Shown here: piece after piece, positions 25,768-37,699 of the stretch
Layout: each line of letters starts with the position of its first letter
Numbering within the stretch: the stretch's first letter is position 1
From: Podarcis vaucheri
Lineage: Eukaryota
DNA: 64,000 nt
Assembly: GCA_965113315.1 (NCBI GenBank)
Contig: OZ220368.1
Reading direction: 5' to 3' (one strand)
Notes under the pieces: model-generated
The model's database searches: none
The model's input: the letters and a program-made list of their open reading frames with translations, nothing else
What the model was told of the DNA's origin: nothing
Translations under genes and position numbers: made by a program

Positions 25768-26135
25768 TTGTTGCCATCCGTCTGTCTTGCAAGAGTGGGC
25801 CATTGGGGGTTAAGTCAAACCATTGGCGAATTACAGGAACTACTGTGGCTGTAGAGACCAATAAGGGAGAGACATGTTTTACTGCAGCTGGGGCAGATGA
25901 AGGCTTCCACCATGACATTTCTTGTCTCTGTGCTCATCCCAGCAGTCATTCCTCCTCTGGTCACTGCTGTGGATATGCAACCTGACGGATTGCTTCCAAG
26001 CACTGTGGTCATCTGCAAGGAATTGCCACATGGTGGGGTTAATGTTGCTAGCTTTCATGTCACATTTGGAGACATCTTTATAATGCAGCAGTTGTCTGCC
26101 ACCAGGCCTAGTGCCCAAAGCCAGCTCCCCATAGA
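25768..26135 (-). mobile_element. RTE-clade LINE 3' fragment
   Basis: LYGELALGTRPGGRQLLHYKDVSKCDMK...WQFLADDHSAWKQSV, then after a frameshift FICPSCSKTCLSLIGLYSHS (C-terminal Cys/His knuckle). Both are typical of RTE ORF ends. Confidence 0.88.
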
Positions 26136-28130
26136 GCACATTAAGCTCTGTCACTGCTTGACAGGGGGCAGAATTGTACACTAAGGCTTGTTCTTCTGTG
26201 TGTTCAGCAGTCCTAGGCTAAGAAATCTTAAGTTCCCAGATAGTACCTTGGATCCCTTTTGTAAGGAAATCAGTGTTACCAGAAGATTTGAGGATACCAA
26301 ATGTAAGGAGGTTGATTTTAATGATGTTGCACTCTTTGTTCGCTTTTATTTTGATCTAAAGTTTCTCTGAAGGCTTAGAAAAAGCTAATAGAAGAAAATG
26401 AAATACAGTACATACTATGCTGAAAGATATCTGAAAGCAAATATTAAATGAAATTGGTCCCTCTGTGTCCCTCTTAGAAAAATGTAATTCTCTGCATATC
26501 AGAAAGGTGGATATTGTGCGTATTTGGGCACCAGCAGATAGAGGAGCATCTTGAACTAGTGTGAGACCGTTTTGTATTAGATGAAGATTCCCCAGTGAGT
26601 AATTTTCAAACACTTAACAGTATAGTAGGTATGGGTTCCCCCACAAGCTGACCCAGTAAATACTTTAGTGATTACAGGAGCAAAGTTGGGCTTGATTCCC
26701 CCCTTCCAGTGTAACAGTCCTCAGACACTACCGTGGCTGTTATCTTCTCCAAGTTGTGGTTAGCCAGGTAAGGAAAAGGATAGCTGCTAACTCTGTTAAG
26801 ATCCCTGTTCTGCCTATTTCTGGGGTAGCTGAGATAAAGTGGACCTGGCGGTGATATATTCTGTGGATTGACATGATCTTGTCTGGGAACAATGGCTCAC
26901 ATGGCAGCCCAGCACTTAAGTATAGCTAAGCCTTGCACCATTAATATCTCACAATGACACAGCTTCTGTAATACCTTGTGATGGAGAAGTTATGCTGCTG
27001 TCAGATCATAATTATTGTGGTGTTTTAAGGCCCCGAGGCTTTGTGCAGCTGTTAGTGCACTTTTCCACATTGCACGCTTAAATTTGCTCATTTATTTTAT
27101 ACCATGTCCCTCTGCGAACTAGTCTAGGATCCTCTTCCATCAAGTTTGTTCCAGTAAGGTGTTTCCCTTGCTCCAGATAAACCCTGGGTATTCAAGCTTC
27201 TGCTCATGAACAAATATTCCTCTATAATTATGTAGGGTTAGCTGAAATATAACCTTGGAGTAGCACATGGTTCCCAAGCTATTCAAGTATAGCACCTGGA
27301 CAGTTCAGTGATGTGAACAGTGAATGCCTTGCCTTGTGGTCTAATATGTGCTAGAAGTGCTGTTGACAATCGCTGCATGATGAGACAGAGTGAGTTGGAA
27401 AGAGCAGGTGGCAAACAGCAGTGTTATCTCCTGGGCCTCAAAGAAGGGACTCTTGGAATCTCAGTTCAGGAATGAAGGAAGGAACAGTGGCTGCCAAGAG
27501 CCAGTTACCCAAACTAGACTTGCACAAGCTGGTTGAGAGTCAAAATGGAGCCCTAAATGGAACTCTACTCACAAGTTGTTATGCTGGACCCTTCTTTCCA
27601 AAAGAACATTGTCCCTGTCATCTATTAATTAGAAACTTTGCCTTAATGGATACCTGGAAAAATAATGAGCATTTGGTTTAAACCTTATTTTCTTTAACAG
27701 TATTTAGCTGAGGACATGATCAGTTTCCTCACCCAACTGCTTAGATTCATATTATAGCACTAAGCATTGTTTATTTTTAGGCATAATTAAACTTAGAATA
27801 GCTGAGCCAAAAATAATATCTTTATAACAAAAACCTGCAATCCCTAAAGTTGTTTGAGGGATTCAAGCAAATGGAAAAATAACTATTGCTTAACTAATGC
27901 ATTCAAATATCTCCTTAAATATGTTAAGCTCAAGGCAGAGCGCGGCGGCGGGGGCGGGGGGGGAATGACTGATGACGAGTTCCAGAGTTTATTGTTCTTA
28001 CTATGTTTCTATCCAACCTTCTTCAAAGTGGTTACAGTGCATAGTATGGAGTGGTCTCTCAACTGAGCTGTTGAAATGGAAATCCACATAGCATCTTTGG
28101 ATAGCTCTTGTAGACTGCAATACAAAAGTA

Positions 28131-28523
28131 CAGTGGTGCCTCGCAAGACAAAATGAATTCGTTCTGCGAGTTTTTTCGTCTAGCGAAGTTTTCGTCTTGC
28201 GAAGCACAGTGTCGGAAAAGTTTTGGAAAAGCTTCAAAAATCATCAAAAAAGGCTACCACACCACGTTCTATGAGTTGCTCCTCGAAATCAAGTCACAAC
28301 TGTATTAACGGTGTTAAGAAAAAGGAAACAAACTTGCAAAAAACGCTAGACGTTTTCGTCTTGCGAAGCAAGCCCATAGGGAAATTTGTCTTGCGAAGCA
28401 GCTCAAAAACCGCAAAACCCTTTCGTCTAGCGAGTTTTTCGTCTTGCGAGGCATTCGTCTTGCGAGTTTTTCGTCTTGTGAGGCATTCGTCTTGCGAGGC
28501 ATTTGTCTTGCGGGGCACCACTG
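28131..28523. mobile_element. Tc1/mariner-pogo MITE, family B (AT-rich core)
   Basis: TIRs CAGTGGTGCCTCGCAAGACAAA / TTTGTCTTGCGGGGCACCACTG, TA flanks, many ttcgtcttgcga subterminal repeats. Confidence 0.92.
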
Positions 28524-28601
28524 TAATCAGGTTCGGACAGAGCTGCAAGTCCCTAAACATTATGGCTAGAGATCAAACATATAGGAGCATCAGAAAGAGT
28601 G

Positions 28602-28738
28602 CAAAGTTTCCTCAGCCTGGTGCCCTTCAGATATACTGGACTGCAGCTCCCATAATCCCTGACCATTGCTCATGCTTGCTGGGGCTGGTGGGAGTTGCAG
28701 TCCATGACATTTGGAAGGCATCAGGTTGAGAAAGGCTG
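28602..28738. mobile_element. Short hAT-type MITE
   Basis: Inverted arms cctggtgcccttcagat..ggactgcagctccca / tgggagttgcagtcc..atttggaaggcatcagg. Confidence 0.7.
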
Positions 28739-29858
28739 GCTTTAGAGGCTCCGGGGCAGAATCCCTTTGTATTGGTAGAACATCAATTACATTGTTTAGT
28801 CAGAAACGTTTGTGGGTGCCTTTGAGATCTAGGACTAACAATGTCATAGTTGGTTCGGGAGTCAAAAGCTTATTCTCATTATTGGAAAACAAATAATTGG
28901 GGTTTCTTCTAGGTGGCTTCCACCAGCAGGCAAATTCTCTCTCCCAGCTCCCCACCCAATTTAATAATGGACTTTAGAACCTAACCTGACTATATTTTGA
29001 TTAGTAAAATTTCACATGGTTGTAAATTAATAAGAAAAAGGCTTTCATCTGTCTCTGGAGCAGAAGGAATGAGGTGACACAGGAGGTATGTCAGATAGAC
29101 TCTGAGGTTTAATTTTAAAATGTGTGTTGCCCTCATGGTGCAGAGAAAAATCTGAAAAGATGCAAGAGTGACTGATAAAGATTTCAGAGGGTTCTGAGAG
29201 GGATACTCCATGCAGCTTAGGGGAATGTCATATTTAATCTCTGCATACCTCGTCACCTGCTTTATGCGTTTGCTTTTTTTTTCTATGACTGTTGCTTGGC
29301 ATTATATTTTTCTACTTTCCTGTTGGCATCTGCTAAGGCTAGAGTACTTTAATCAGTGTGGGTGGCACAGTTCTGAATGAGTTATTGGCAATGTTGCTGA
29401 TGGTAAATGGTGTTTATGTACAACAAATCAAATCTGATTGATTTATTAGTGGAAATGGTCAATGAAAATTTGCTTAATTCAATTTTCAACATTCTGTTTG
29501 CAGAAACTGTGGAGAACCTGACATTTTGTGTTGTGGGACCTGGAATAAACTAAGACAGCAAGTCAACAATATCTCCACTAAAACAGATTTAAGTTGTGAG
29601 AGATAGAAGGAAAGCTTGAGACAAGAGAGTAAGAATTTATATTTGCAGAATTATGTGGAGATGAAAAGCCCAAAGTAAAAGCACTGGGCAGATCATATTG
29701 TGTGTTCTGTCTGAGTAATCAGCCAAATATCAGCAAGAAAGGGCCTAAAGGTACTATGTAACTTTTTACAATGCTTCAGTAGGGTCTGGCCTTGTGATAC
29801 TCAGCCATCCTCTTGTTGTACAATTATCTAAAATGTCTTTTTCCTTTTTCTTTTGCAG

Positions 29859-29958
29859 GCATACAGCTTTGCCATGGGGAGCTGGCCAAAGAATGGACTC
29901 TTAGACATGAACAAAGGCCTGAACCTACAGCACATAGGAAGGCCTCACAGTGGGATAG
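29859..29958 (+). CDS. ERI3: Internal (penultimate) coding exon of ERI1 exoribonuclease family member 3, a DEDDh exonuclease; carries the ExoIII His
   Basis: Strong acceptor (tctttttcctttttcttttgcag, AG at 29857-58) and donor AG|GTCAGT at 29959. The 100 nt read in phase 0 as AYSFAMGSWPKNGLLDMNKGLNLQHIGRPHSGI plus a split codon G|. This matches the recalled vertebrate ERI3 C-terminal region (human AYSFAMGCWPKNGLLDMNKGLSLQHIGRPHSGIDD). Confidence 0.95.
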
Positions 29959-32010
29959 GTCAGTAGCATGACTTCCTTCTCTCGCTCCAGTCCAGGTGTA
30001 TTTTTCTCTGTTTGTGGAATAGTGTATAGTGGCAGGCTCATCTGCAGTTCCCAAGGATGTCTGGCTCTTATCTGTGGAAGGCAGCTTATCACTGTCTTTG
30101 GTGTGGCAAAAACTTGAGCATATAGGTTTAGGGCTGCCACTACCTCTGGAATACAAAAGGATGCTGGATCCCGAAGGAGCTGGTAGTAGAGAAATAAGCA
30201 TGCTCCACTTTGATATTGTTTATCTTTTGTCAGTCTAGCATCCAGATCCATTACCTCTATATATGTTTCTAAGCCACTTGACACTTGCTGCTGCATTTGA
30301 GTGGCAACGGTGAACATGATGCCTCAGAAGTGCAATGCCTTTGTCTTCCTTCCCCCATAGTGGGGCTTTGCCAGATCATCATGGTAGGGTCCTTCCTGAG
30401 GTCATGCCAAACCACCCCTCACTTGGCCACTGATTTTAGAATCCATTTTTCTATTCAAGTGTGTGTGTTTTAGCCATGATCATCCCACCTTCTGGATCCA
30501 ACAAGTTTTGGAGAGCTGGCTGTTTGTCAGTCCTGCTAGCATACATCTAGGAGAGTATATACTGTACTTCTCTTCAGCTTTTGCTGTACTTCTCTGAGCC
30601 TTTGCCCAAAAGTCCTAAAATCTCTAATGTGACAGTCCTAGCTGGTATGGGCCAATATATATCTTGTGCTTCCTTGTCCTGTGCGCGGGAGAATTACTAG
30701 AGGGTTTGTTCTTTAGGAACCTGTGTGTCGTGCCAGTCCAGGAAAATATGAAAAGCTCTCAGATTGAGGGATATTGATACAACCTGTTCATTGTTTCCTG
30801 TTCTTTATGTAAAACCCTTCAAATGTCTGACCTTTTAATCCGACTAGCTGTATTTCTCCTTTCCTTTGCCCCTGCCTAGGCGTGTCCACCTCTGTCTGCT
30901 TCTTGCTGTTGTGCATTTACATTTCCTAGGGTGAGAGACTTATGTGAGAAAGCTACCCACCACCCGAGCCTGGAGGAAGCTGTTTAATATTGTTTCAAGA
31001 TCCTAACCACTAAACTACCAAATCAATATGAGTTAAGGAGATGAATTATTTAAAGCTTACCAGCTTTTAATTAGCAAGCTCCTTTTGAACTATGGATCTG
31101 GTTGCTTCATTGATAGGATGTAGCATTGAAATTTTGCTTCTGTGCCTGAGTGTAAATTCATTTCAGCAATATATGTATGCTGTAGGAAAAGCCCACAAAT
31201 TGGGCTGGAGGGGGAGCCTGATGCAAAACCAGTTTCATGTTGTTGCTAGGGACCCCTTAGAACCATTCATCTCCTCTCTGTGTTTTATAGGAGTGTTTAT
31301 AGTGTCTCCTCTTACCACACTAAAGCAACAAACATCCCTAGAATATAATCTGTCACTTCCTTTAATTACCTTGTACATTTATCGGACTGTCATTAGTTGG
31401 CTTTGCCCTGCTGGATAGCAGTGCACAATAGTGGTTTATTTTCCCCAATCTTCTTGACTGACTTTTCTTTCCAGGGGCTCTTGCTTCTTCATTTCAGTTA
31501 AACAGCCTTGAGGTGGGAGCACATGCTGCTACTGCTGCTTCTTTTGGTGTGATGCACTTGCATGCCATCTGAGGTTGTAGCGCTGAGGTTAAACACTGCG
31601 CCATATCTGCTCTGAGCCCAGCAGTTAGCCCTTGAGTAAGGTTGTCGAGCCTGACTTCTCATTTTAACAAGGGAAGTTTTCCTTCTCACTGTAGTATTGT
31701 GCCAAGTATGTCTCCCTACTCTCCCAAACATACTCCATTTTGCAAACAATGGTAAAGCAGCTTTCGGAGTTGTGATTCGTTCAAGCTTGTCGTGGCTCTT
31801 TTACAGTTTGTGTAGACCCTAACAATGTGTGTCAAGTGTAGTTTTAAAATTAATAAATATTTTCCGTTACTGGAAGACAGTAATGTGTTTTTTTCTCTGG
31901 ACCTATTCAGGAACTATTGCACATTTATATAGAAAAATATTCCTAAAATATGTGATTTCCAAATGCTTGACAGTGACCTTAGTAAGTGTTACTTGCCATA
32001 AATGGTGTAA

Positions 32011-32439
32011 TGTCATGTGAGTTTGGTCTAGAACATTTCAGTTCAAAAGCAAGCACTTCAGTTGGGGAGGCCAGGAGCCCCGATAGAAATAGTGAAAGAG
32101 GGGTTGACTGGCAGGTAGTCTCACTAGAGATGAAGCAAACTTCAAATCAGATATTCTGATGAGATTCAGCTCTGTTGTTGCTCTTCTTCATCAGATCAAG
32201 GAGCAGCAGCACATTCTGGGCTGGATGAATGCTAGACTGAATCTTGACAACAGGTGTGATGGTTGGCAGTCTGTTGTAGTGGAGGATCACATGTTCTGGA
32301 TGCAATCTCTCACTTTCTTCCTCTGATACAGTGGCTGAGGGAGCCTGGGAGACATACCTGTCCTCACTCTGCTCCATTCTTTGGTAACCTCTCAGATAAA
32401 GTATTGTAATGTTCAGTCTACACAGGACTGTCCTTGACA
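32011..32439 (-). mobile_element. Possible old solo LTR (TGTCA...TGACA)
   Basis: Minus strand begins TGTCAAGGACAG. Size and composition resemble 60229-60695. TSD not recovered. Confidence 0.3.
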
Positions 32440-33379
32440 ATGATTTGGAAACTCTTATCACGCACAGAATTCTTTGGTGAGCTTTCTGAGAAATGGGCAC
32501 AGAGAATATATTAAGGCAATTCTTCCTCAGTTTCTTGGCTGCAAATTATCTTTCAGGCCTGATTTAAAGTGGTGGCTATAAAAGCCCAAATGGTTTGTGC
32601 CTAGCGTATCTTGGGGAGCAGCTTCTCCCATACAAGTCACCTCAAGCTTTATCGCTTCTGGCTGTGCATGGTTTACTTAGCATCCCTGTAGTGGCATGGA
32701 GTTCCTTTGCTTTCCCTTCCTTGGTAAAGGATCGAAGAAGGACCCTGCAGTTATAGTTGTATGCTGGCCTCTAGGCCGAGTTGCCATGAAGTAGCAGTTT
32801 TGTTTGTTTGTTTTTGCTTTACACACCCTACAATGGAGTGGGCTGAGATCTGAGGGAGCCTCTTCGCCTTCATTGTTCAGCAAGTGCTGAACACTGGTTA
32901 GACAACTCTACTGATGATTTGCCAAGGACTACCTGTTTTCCTTGCTTTCTGTCTTGACTTCCTTCCCAGCAAACCCATAGTTAGTGCATTTGCAGTAGCC
33001 TAATCTACTCATTGCTGCATTAATCAAAAAGCTAGCACCCATGAACTGACTGTGGGGCTGTTTTGAGTGTGGGAAGGAATTGAGAACTGCATGTGTGCAC
33101 ACATATACCCTAGCATGCAGAACAATTTTGGAAATCGAATGTAGATGCCTTACAAGCTGCCCAACCAAAGCATGTAGTGCAAATGGCAGCCTGATTACAC
33201 TGCCCTGGCTATGCACAGGCCATCTCCCTTAACTCACGAAAGCCTCATGGGAAAGCCTACCTATTTGAAAGGGTCAACCACCAATATGGTGTGAAGTGCA
33301 GGTGATGCATCTGTATCTTTCTGGCTTCCCCTCTCTCTTTTCATTTACTGATTGGAAATCTAGGAAGGTTAGGGTGTTA

Positions 33380-33720
33380 TATTGTTCCTGATCCTGAGCA
33401 TTAATTAGGCCTGCAGAAGAAGAAGAGGGATTGCGTGTTTTTAACAGGGAGGTTAATGGGATGCTCACAGAGTAGACAGTTTTAATGAGCTTCAACTTGC
33501 TGTGCAGTGAGTTTACTCTTTGTGTTAAAAGGGTCATCCTGCAGTAGCTTGATGTGGATTGTCTCCTGGCCCCCAGTGTCAGAGGGGAGCATCTGTCATA
33601 GTCCAGGCAGGGCGCATTCACTTAGTGACAAGATTCTAATTAACTCCCACCAAGCTGGCCACCCGCCTGCCCCATGGGGAGCTGCCATGGTGCAGCCTCT
33701 TATCTTTACAAACTCCTCAT
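33380..33720. promoter_or_regulatory. Candidate conserved non-coding enhancer containing copy 1 of the 54-bp duplicated element
   Basis: Repeat-free; TTAATTAG, TGTCA/TGACA and CTAATTAA motifs. Conservation not verified. Confidence 0.5.
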
Positions 33721-33949
33721 TCTGTATATAGAGTTTGTGTTTGGAGAGAGACAGGCAGGCTTTCATGTCTAATGTAAAAGGACAGGTGTGATTGTGCCTG
33801 TGTGGGTGTGTTCATGCACTTGCCGGGTGTGCCAGCAAGCTAGGGCTGTTTACTGTAGGAATGACATATCTTGTCATGCAATGTTCTTTGTTCTGGAAGC
33901 TAGTACGTTGGGCTGCCCTTTGGTAGTCCATAACAACCTCTTAGAAATC

Positions 33950-34415
33950 TAGTTTCTTAGCGCATTTAGTCCAATGCCCTCCTTGATTCTGAAAATCCTG
34001 AGCTTAAACCACCCCCAACAGATTGCAGTCCAACCTCTGCTTGAAGATCTTAGGATTAGTTCGTTTCATTGTTGAACTGCTCACAGATTGTAGAGTTGTA
34101 AGGTACCTTGAGGGTCATCTAGTCCAACCCCTGCAATGATCTCAACTAGATCATCCATGACAGATGGCCACCCAACCTCTGCTGAGAAACCTCCAAGGAA
34201 GGAGAGCCCACTACCACTCATAGGTATCCATTCCACTGCCGAACAGCTCTTACTGTCTGAAAGTTATTCTTGATGTTTAGTCAGAATCTCCTTTATTGTA
34301 ACTTGAAGCCATTAGTTTGGGTCCTAGCCTCTGGAGCAGGAGAAAAGAAGCTTGTTACATGTGACAACCCATTAGATATTTGAAGATTGCTATTATGCCT
34401 CCTTACAATCTCCAC
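33950..34415 (-). mobile_element. CR1 3' fragments (an older piece at about 33950-34085 and a younger one at about 34087-34415)
   Basis: gtagagttg..gggtcatctagtccaacccc..caacctctgct..acctccaaggaaggagag..ttccactgccgaacagctcttactgtc aligns with the CR1 at 10854-11295. Confidence 0.85.
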
Positions 34416-34489
34416 TCAACTGCTTTGATCAGTGGAATTGGCACTACTACAGCTACCACATAATGCCTCTTCCGCATTTGTAAGAACTC

Positions 34490-34765
34490 TTATCATTTAG
34501 TTTGGCATCAGCTGCACTTCGGAACTCCCTGCCTATTGAGATCAAGCAGGTGCCTTCACCATATTCTTTTTGGTATAAACATTCTTGTTTATACAAGCCC
34601 ATCCATATGTTTAGAAAGTTGAAGTAATTAAATCTGTTTTAGTATTTTTAATTTTGTATGTTTTAAGGTATGGTTGTGAATTTTCTCTGTTTTATCTGTT
34701 TGTAAACTGCTTTGGGGTGGGCCCCCCACATCAAGCAGAGTAGAAATTGTAATTAATAAATAAAC
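34490..34765 (+). mobile_element. Old L2 3' end
   Basis: cggaactccctgcctattgagatcaagcagg (WNSLP-like) followed by the tgtaaactgctttggg...aagcag...aataaataaa tail. Confidence 0.6.
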
Positions 34766-35691
34766 AGCGGAGTTTGCCCCACAGCAGATACCAAGGTAGT
34801 GCCCCATTACTACTAATTCCTCCTTTCCTGAAACATCTGTAATGTGTTACTTATCACATTGCTGTGGAGTCTGTAGCAGACTTCATCACTGTATTATTTT
34901 TGCTAATTTCCCACTTCATTCTACCCATATAATCTCCATAGACCCACTGTATTCACTTTCTTGCTTTTCTGTGCAGGTGCAGACACAAACTGCTACTCGT
35001 CCTCCCTTTTGGTTGTGCCAGTCCTCTTTTAACAAGCTGTATCTTTCAGTTGCTACATCTCAGTCATGGGAGCCATCCCACTAAGTCCTATTAATACCTA
35101 TTGTCGTAGTTCCCTTGCTTTACAAGCAGTTCAAGCTCATCTTGTTTATTTCCTACTACTGCTGTGTGCAGCAGTGTATAGACATAAAAAACCTTAAATA
35201 ATCTGCTGCAATGTGTCTCCTGCTGTTTTATTGTGTGTGTTTTGCTATACACCCAGATCGGCCATCTCCTCCTGCAGTTTCTCCTATAATATATAAATCT
35301 CTTTCTCTAATGCTTACCTTTATATTGAATATTTGCAGCCGTCCCTTTATCAGTAGTGGTACCAGGATGGGGTACTTAACTTCAGGCTTTAGTTTAAAAC
35401 CTTCCTGATCAGGCTTACCTGCTACTTTCCAGTAGTCCTTTACTGAGGAAAATTAAGCTGGTGACCCTAAAAACCAACCTTTCTTCTCAACAGCATTTGC
35501 ATTGCTAGTTATTCACCTGATGTATTCATCCCCCCCCCCCACTCTTTGTGTCATCTGCCTTTTGCAGCCAAAATAATATTTTTTTTAGCCCAAGAACCAA
35601 TTCCTTCCCAGGGACTGTGCTACACGAGCAGTCAGGCCAGACCTAAAATAGGGAAGGAGTGGAGCCAAAAGAGGAATATGTGATTAGTGGA

Positions 35692-35790
35692 GCATAGGAA
35701 CAGCCCTGTTGGACCAGACCAAAGGCCTGTGTAGTCTATTATGCTGTCCCCACAATGGCCAAACTGTTAGGGAAGCTTATAGGAGCACAA
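35692..35790 (-). mobile_element. CR1 3' UTR fragment
   Basis: cataggaacagccctgttggaccagaccaaaggcc...cacaatggcc. Confidence 0.6.
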
Positions 35791-36074
35791 CATCCCAGAA
35801 GGCAAAATCATAAGCATGTTTTTCACAATGAAGGGCACATTCTGCCCAGGAAGGTGGACTTCCCTTGTATATTTTCTGTTACCACAGCTTAGGGACACAT
35901 TGCAGCAATGCGCAAGGGGGGAAAATGGTCTGCACTTTTATCTACAGGATTTTTCAGCGCTTGTGGTTCCTGAGAGACATACTCCAGTGAGTCAGTGAGG
36001 GGAAAGGGGGCATAGCCTGGGGAGAGAGTCAGGAGCCACATGGAGAGGATTGGTGGGTTGAAGATTCCCCATTC

Positions 36075-36312
36075 CTGTTTTACAGGAAGAATTGACAAGG
36101 ACATCACCTGAGCCCCAAGGTCCTTCACCTCCCCCCTCAGAGTTTTGTAGTCGAATGTGATACGTTCATAGTTGTCTCTGGTGTAATTCATTCCCTTGGG
36201 GAAAAGCAAAAAAGGATAATGATCGGTGAACTTGATAAGAGTTGACAACTTGTTCATCACATCCTGGATCTGCTCACCTAGGAGACAGCATATTCATTTG
36301 TTAACAGATTCA
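36075..36312 (-). mobile_element. CR1 ORF1 (SGNH esterase domain) relic
   Basis: ICCLLGEQIQDVMNKLSTLIKFTDHYPFLLFPKGMNYTRDNYERITFDYKTLRGEVKDLGAQVMSLSILPV matches the recalled amniote CR1 ORF1 pattern VCCLPGARIRDV..L..LI.P.D.YP.LL.HVGTND.....I..DY..LG..VK..GAQVVFSSILPV. Confidence 0.85.
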
Positions 36313-37699
36313 GTCAGCACACAACCAACTCCATACCACTCAGCAAGGGAGCCCTGGCTTCACTTCATCCACTGTTTTAGTCTTTTTGGACTTTATTTAC
36401 TGTGCATGTTCTTTCTTGTTTCTGTGCACTCTCTTGGCCTCTCTGCATTTCAGGGTATATACTCTTCTCATTAATACTTGTCTTGGGTATCAAACAGTGA
36501 ATGTGGATACTGTGGAAAATTTTGAATTGGAATATATTCTGCTGCCCTAAATAGTTTGTTTCATTTGTGCTTAGTGTGCCTTGATAATTTTAGATATAAA
36601 TATTTCAAAGTTTTTCTAATAGCCAAAAAAAGCACATTGAATTGAATTGAAAAATGTGATTATGGGGGGGGGGATTAAAGACATGATCTAATAGCATATC
36701 TTTCCTTCATACTGTTTGACTTCAAGGTAGAGAGAACCAAGGCACTGAAAACATACTAATTTTAGCATGCCTGAAGACCTGTGTGCCATGTGCTTCTATG
36801 GATAAGTTACCTGGCAGAAGCTCCAGACAAACTGTAGCGAAATCCTCTTAGACGGTTGAATCCAGTGAAATTGTCGGGTTCATACAAGGAACTTCCCCTC
36901 CCTCTCTTTTCCCCGCATGCCCCCCACTCCTCAAATTTGCCCTGGTGGTTTGGGGAAAACTTGAGAGCAGATTGGTACATGAGGTGAGGAGAGGGAGAGG
37001 AAGTTCTATTGTGCAAGCAGAATTCCTTACATGAACAGAACAACTTTATTAGATGCAGCTCAGTCTTGAAGTGTGCATGGCCATGATGAAGTTGGTAGCT
37101 GCTCAGATTCTTCAGAATCTGATTGTATTTAAAAAGAAAGTGCCTTTCTAACTCTGAGGAAATTCTGATCCCTTGATAGCTTTCCAAGCAATGGTTTTCT
37201 GACATAAGTGGGAGATCTTGCGACTGATATGGCCCAGTTCCCAGTTTTAAGGTTTCTCAAACTACATCACATCAGTCTGTTTTGAGCATCTTGCTCTACG
37301 ATTGATTCACTGTGGTGCCCCTTACTCACAGAGAATGGGCAGGAGTGGGGTGTGGCCCTAGACCAGATTTATGGTAGGGGGCCAACTGTCTCACAGCCTA
37401 AGGGATAGGGCCAAAGACTCCAGAGTTAAATAATTAAAAGAGACTAAAATAAAAATCATCAGAAATGTCATCAAATGAGCAGTGTCATTTTGAATTAGTG
37501 CTGCTAAAGGTCAGGAAGCTCAAAACAGGTGAAGCGGATGCTCTGTGAGTGAGGCAATATGGCAGATATTTCTGGCAAGGAGAGAGTATGGGCTGGCAGG
37601 CGGGTGGACGAGACAAGGCCCTTTCTGCCCAGGATGTGAGGAGAGGTTTTTGGAAGCAGAGAGGTGCTTTGCGTAGGTACTGTTGGCCTGGGAGGAGGG

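Larger units (their letters stand above)
1..29858 (+). other. ERI3: ERI3 intron upstream of the exon (partial, >29.8 kb)
   Basis: Ends at the acceptor at 29857-58. The preceding exon (expected ...YFKQWINLKK) was not found in the readable sequence. The + strand looks T-rich, consistent with + strand transcription (qualitative impression only). Confidence 0.8.

Noticed and set aside
26710-26773. Possible 58-nt exon ending in CAG|GTAAGG
   Set aside because: The pyrimidine tract is short, there is an in-frame stop, and nothing distinguishes it from background pseudo-exons.
27940-27963. Short GC/poly-G tract with G-quadruplex potential
   Set aside because: An isolated poly-G run like many others in the window, with no CpG island or promoter context.
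28131-28523. Regularly spaced short repeats that look CRISPR-like
   Set aside because: They are eukaryotic MITE subterminal repeats within TIRs, with no unique spacers and no cas genes.
28223-28729. 168-aa ORF and the repeated RKTNASQDE peptides here and at 50864-51703
   Set aside because: These are translations of MITE subterminal repeats, not a transposase.
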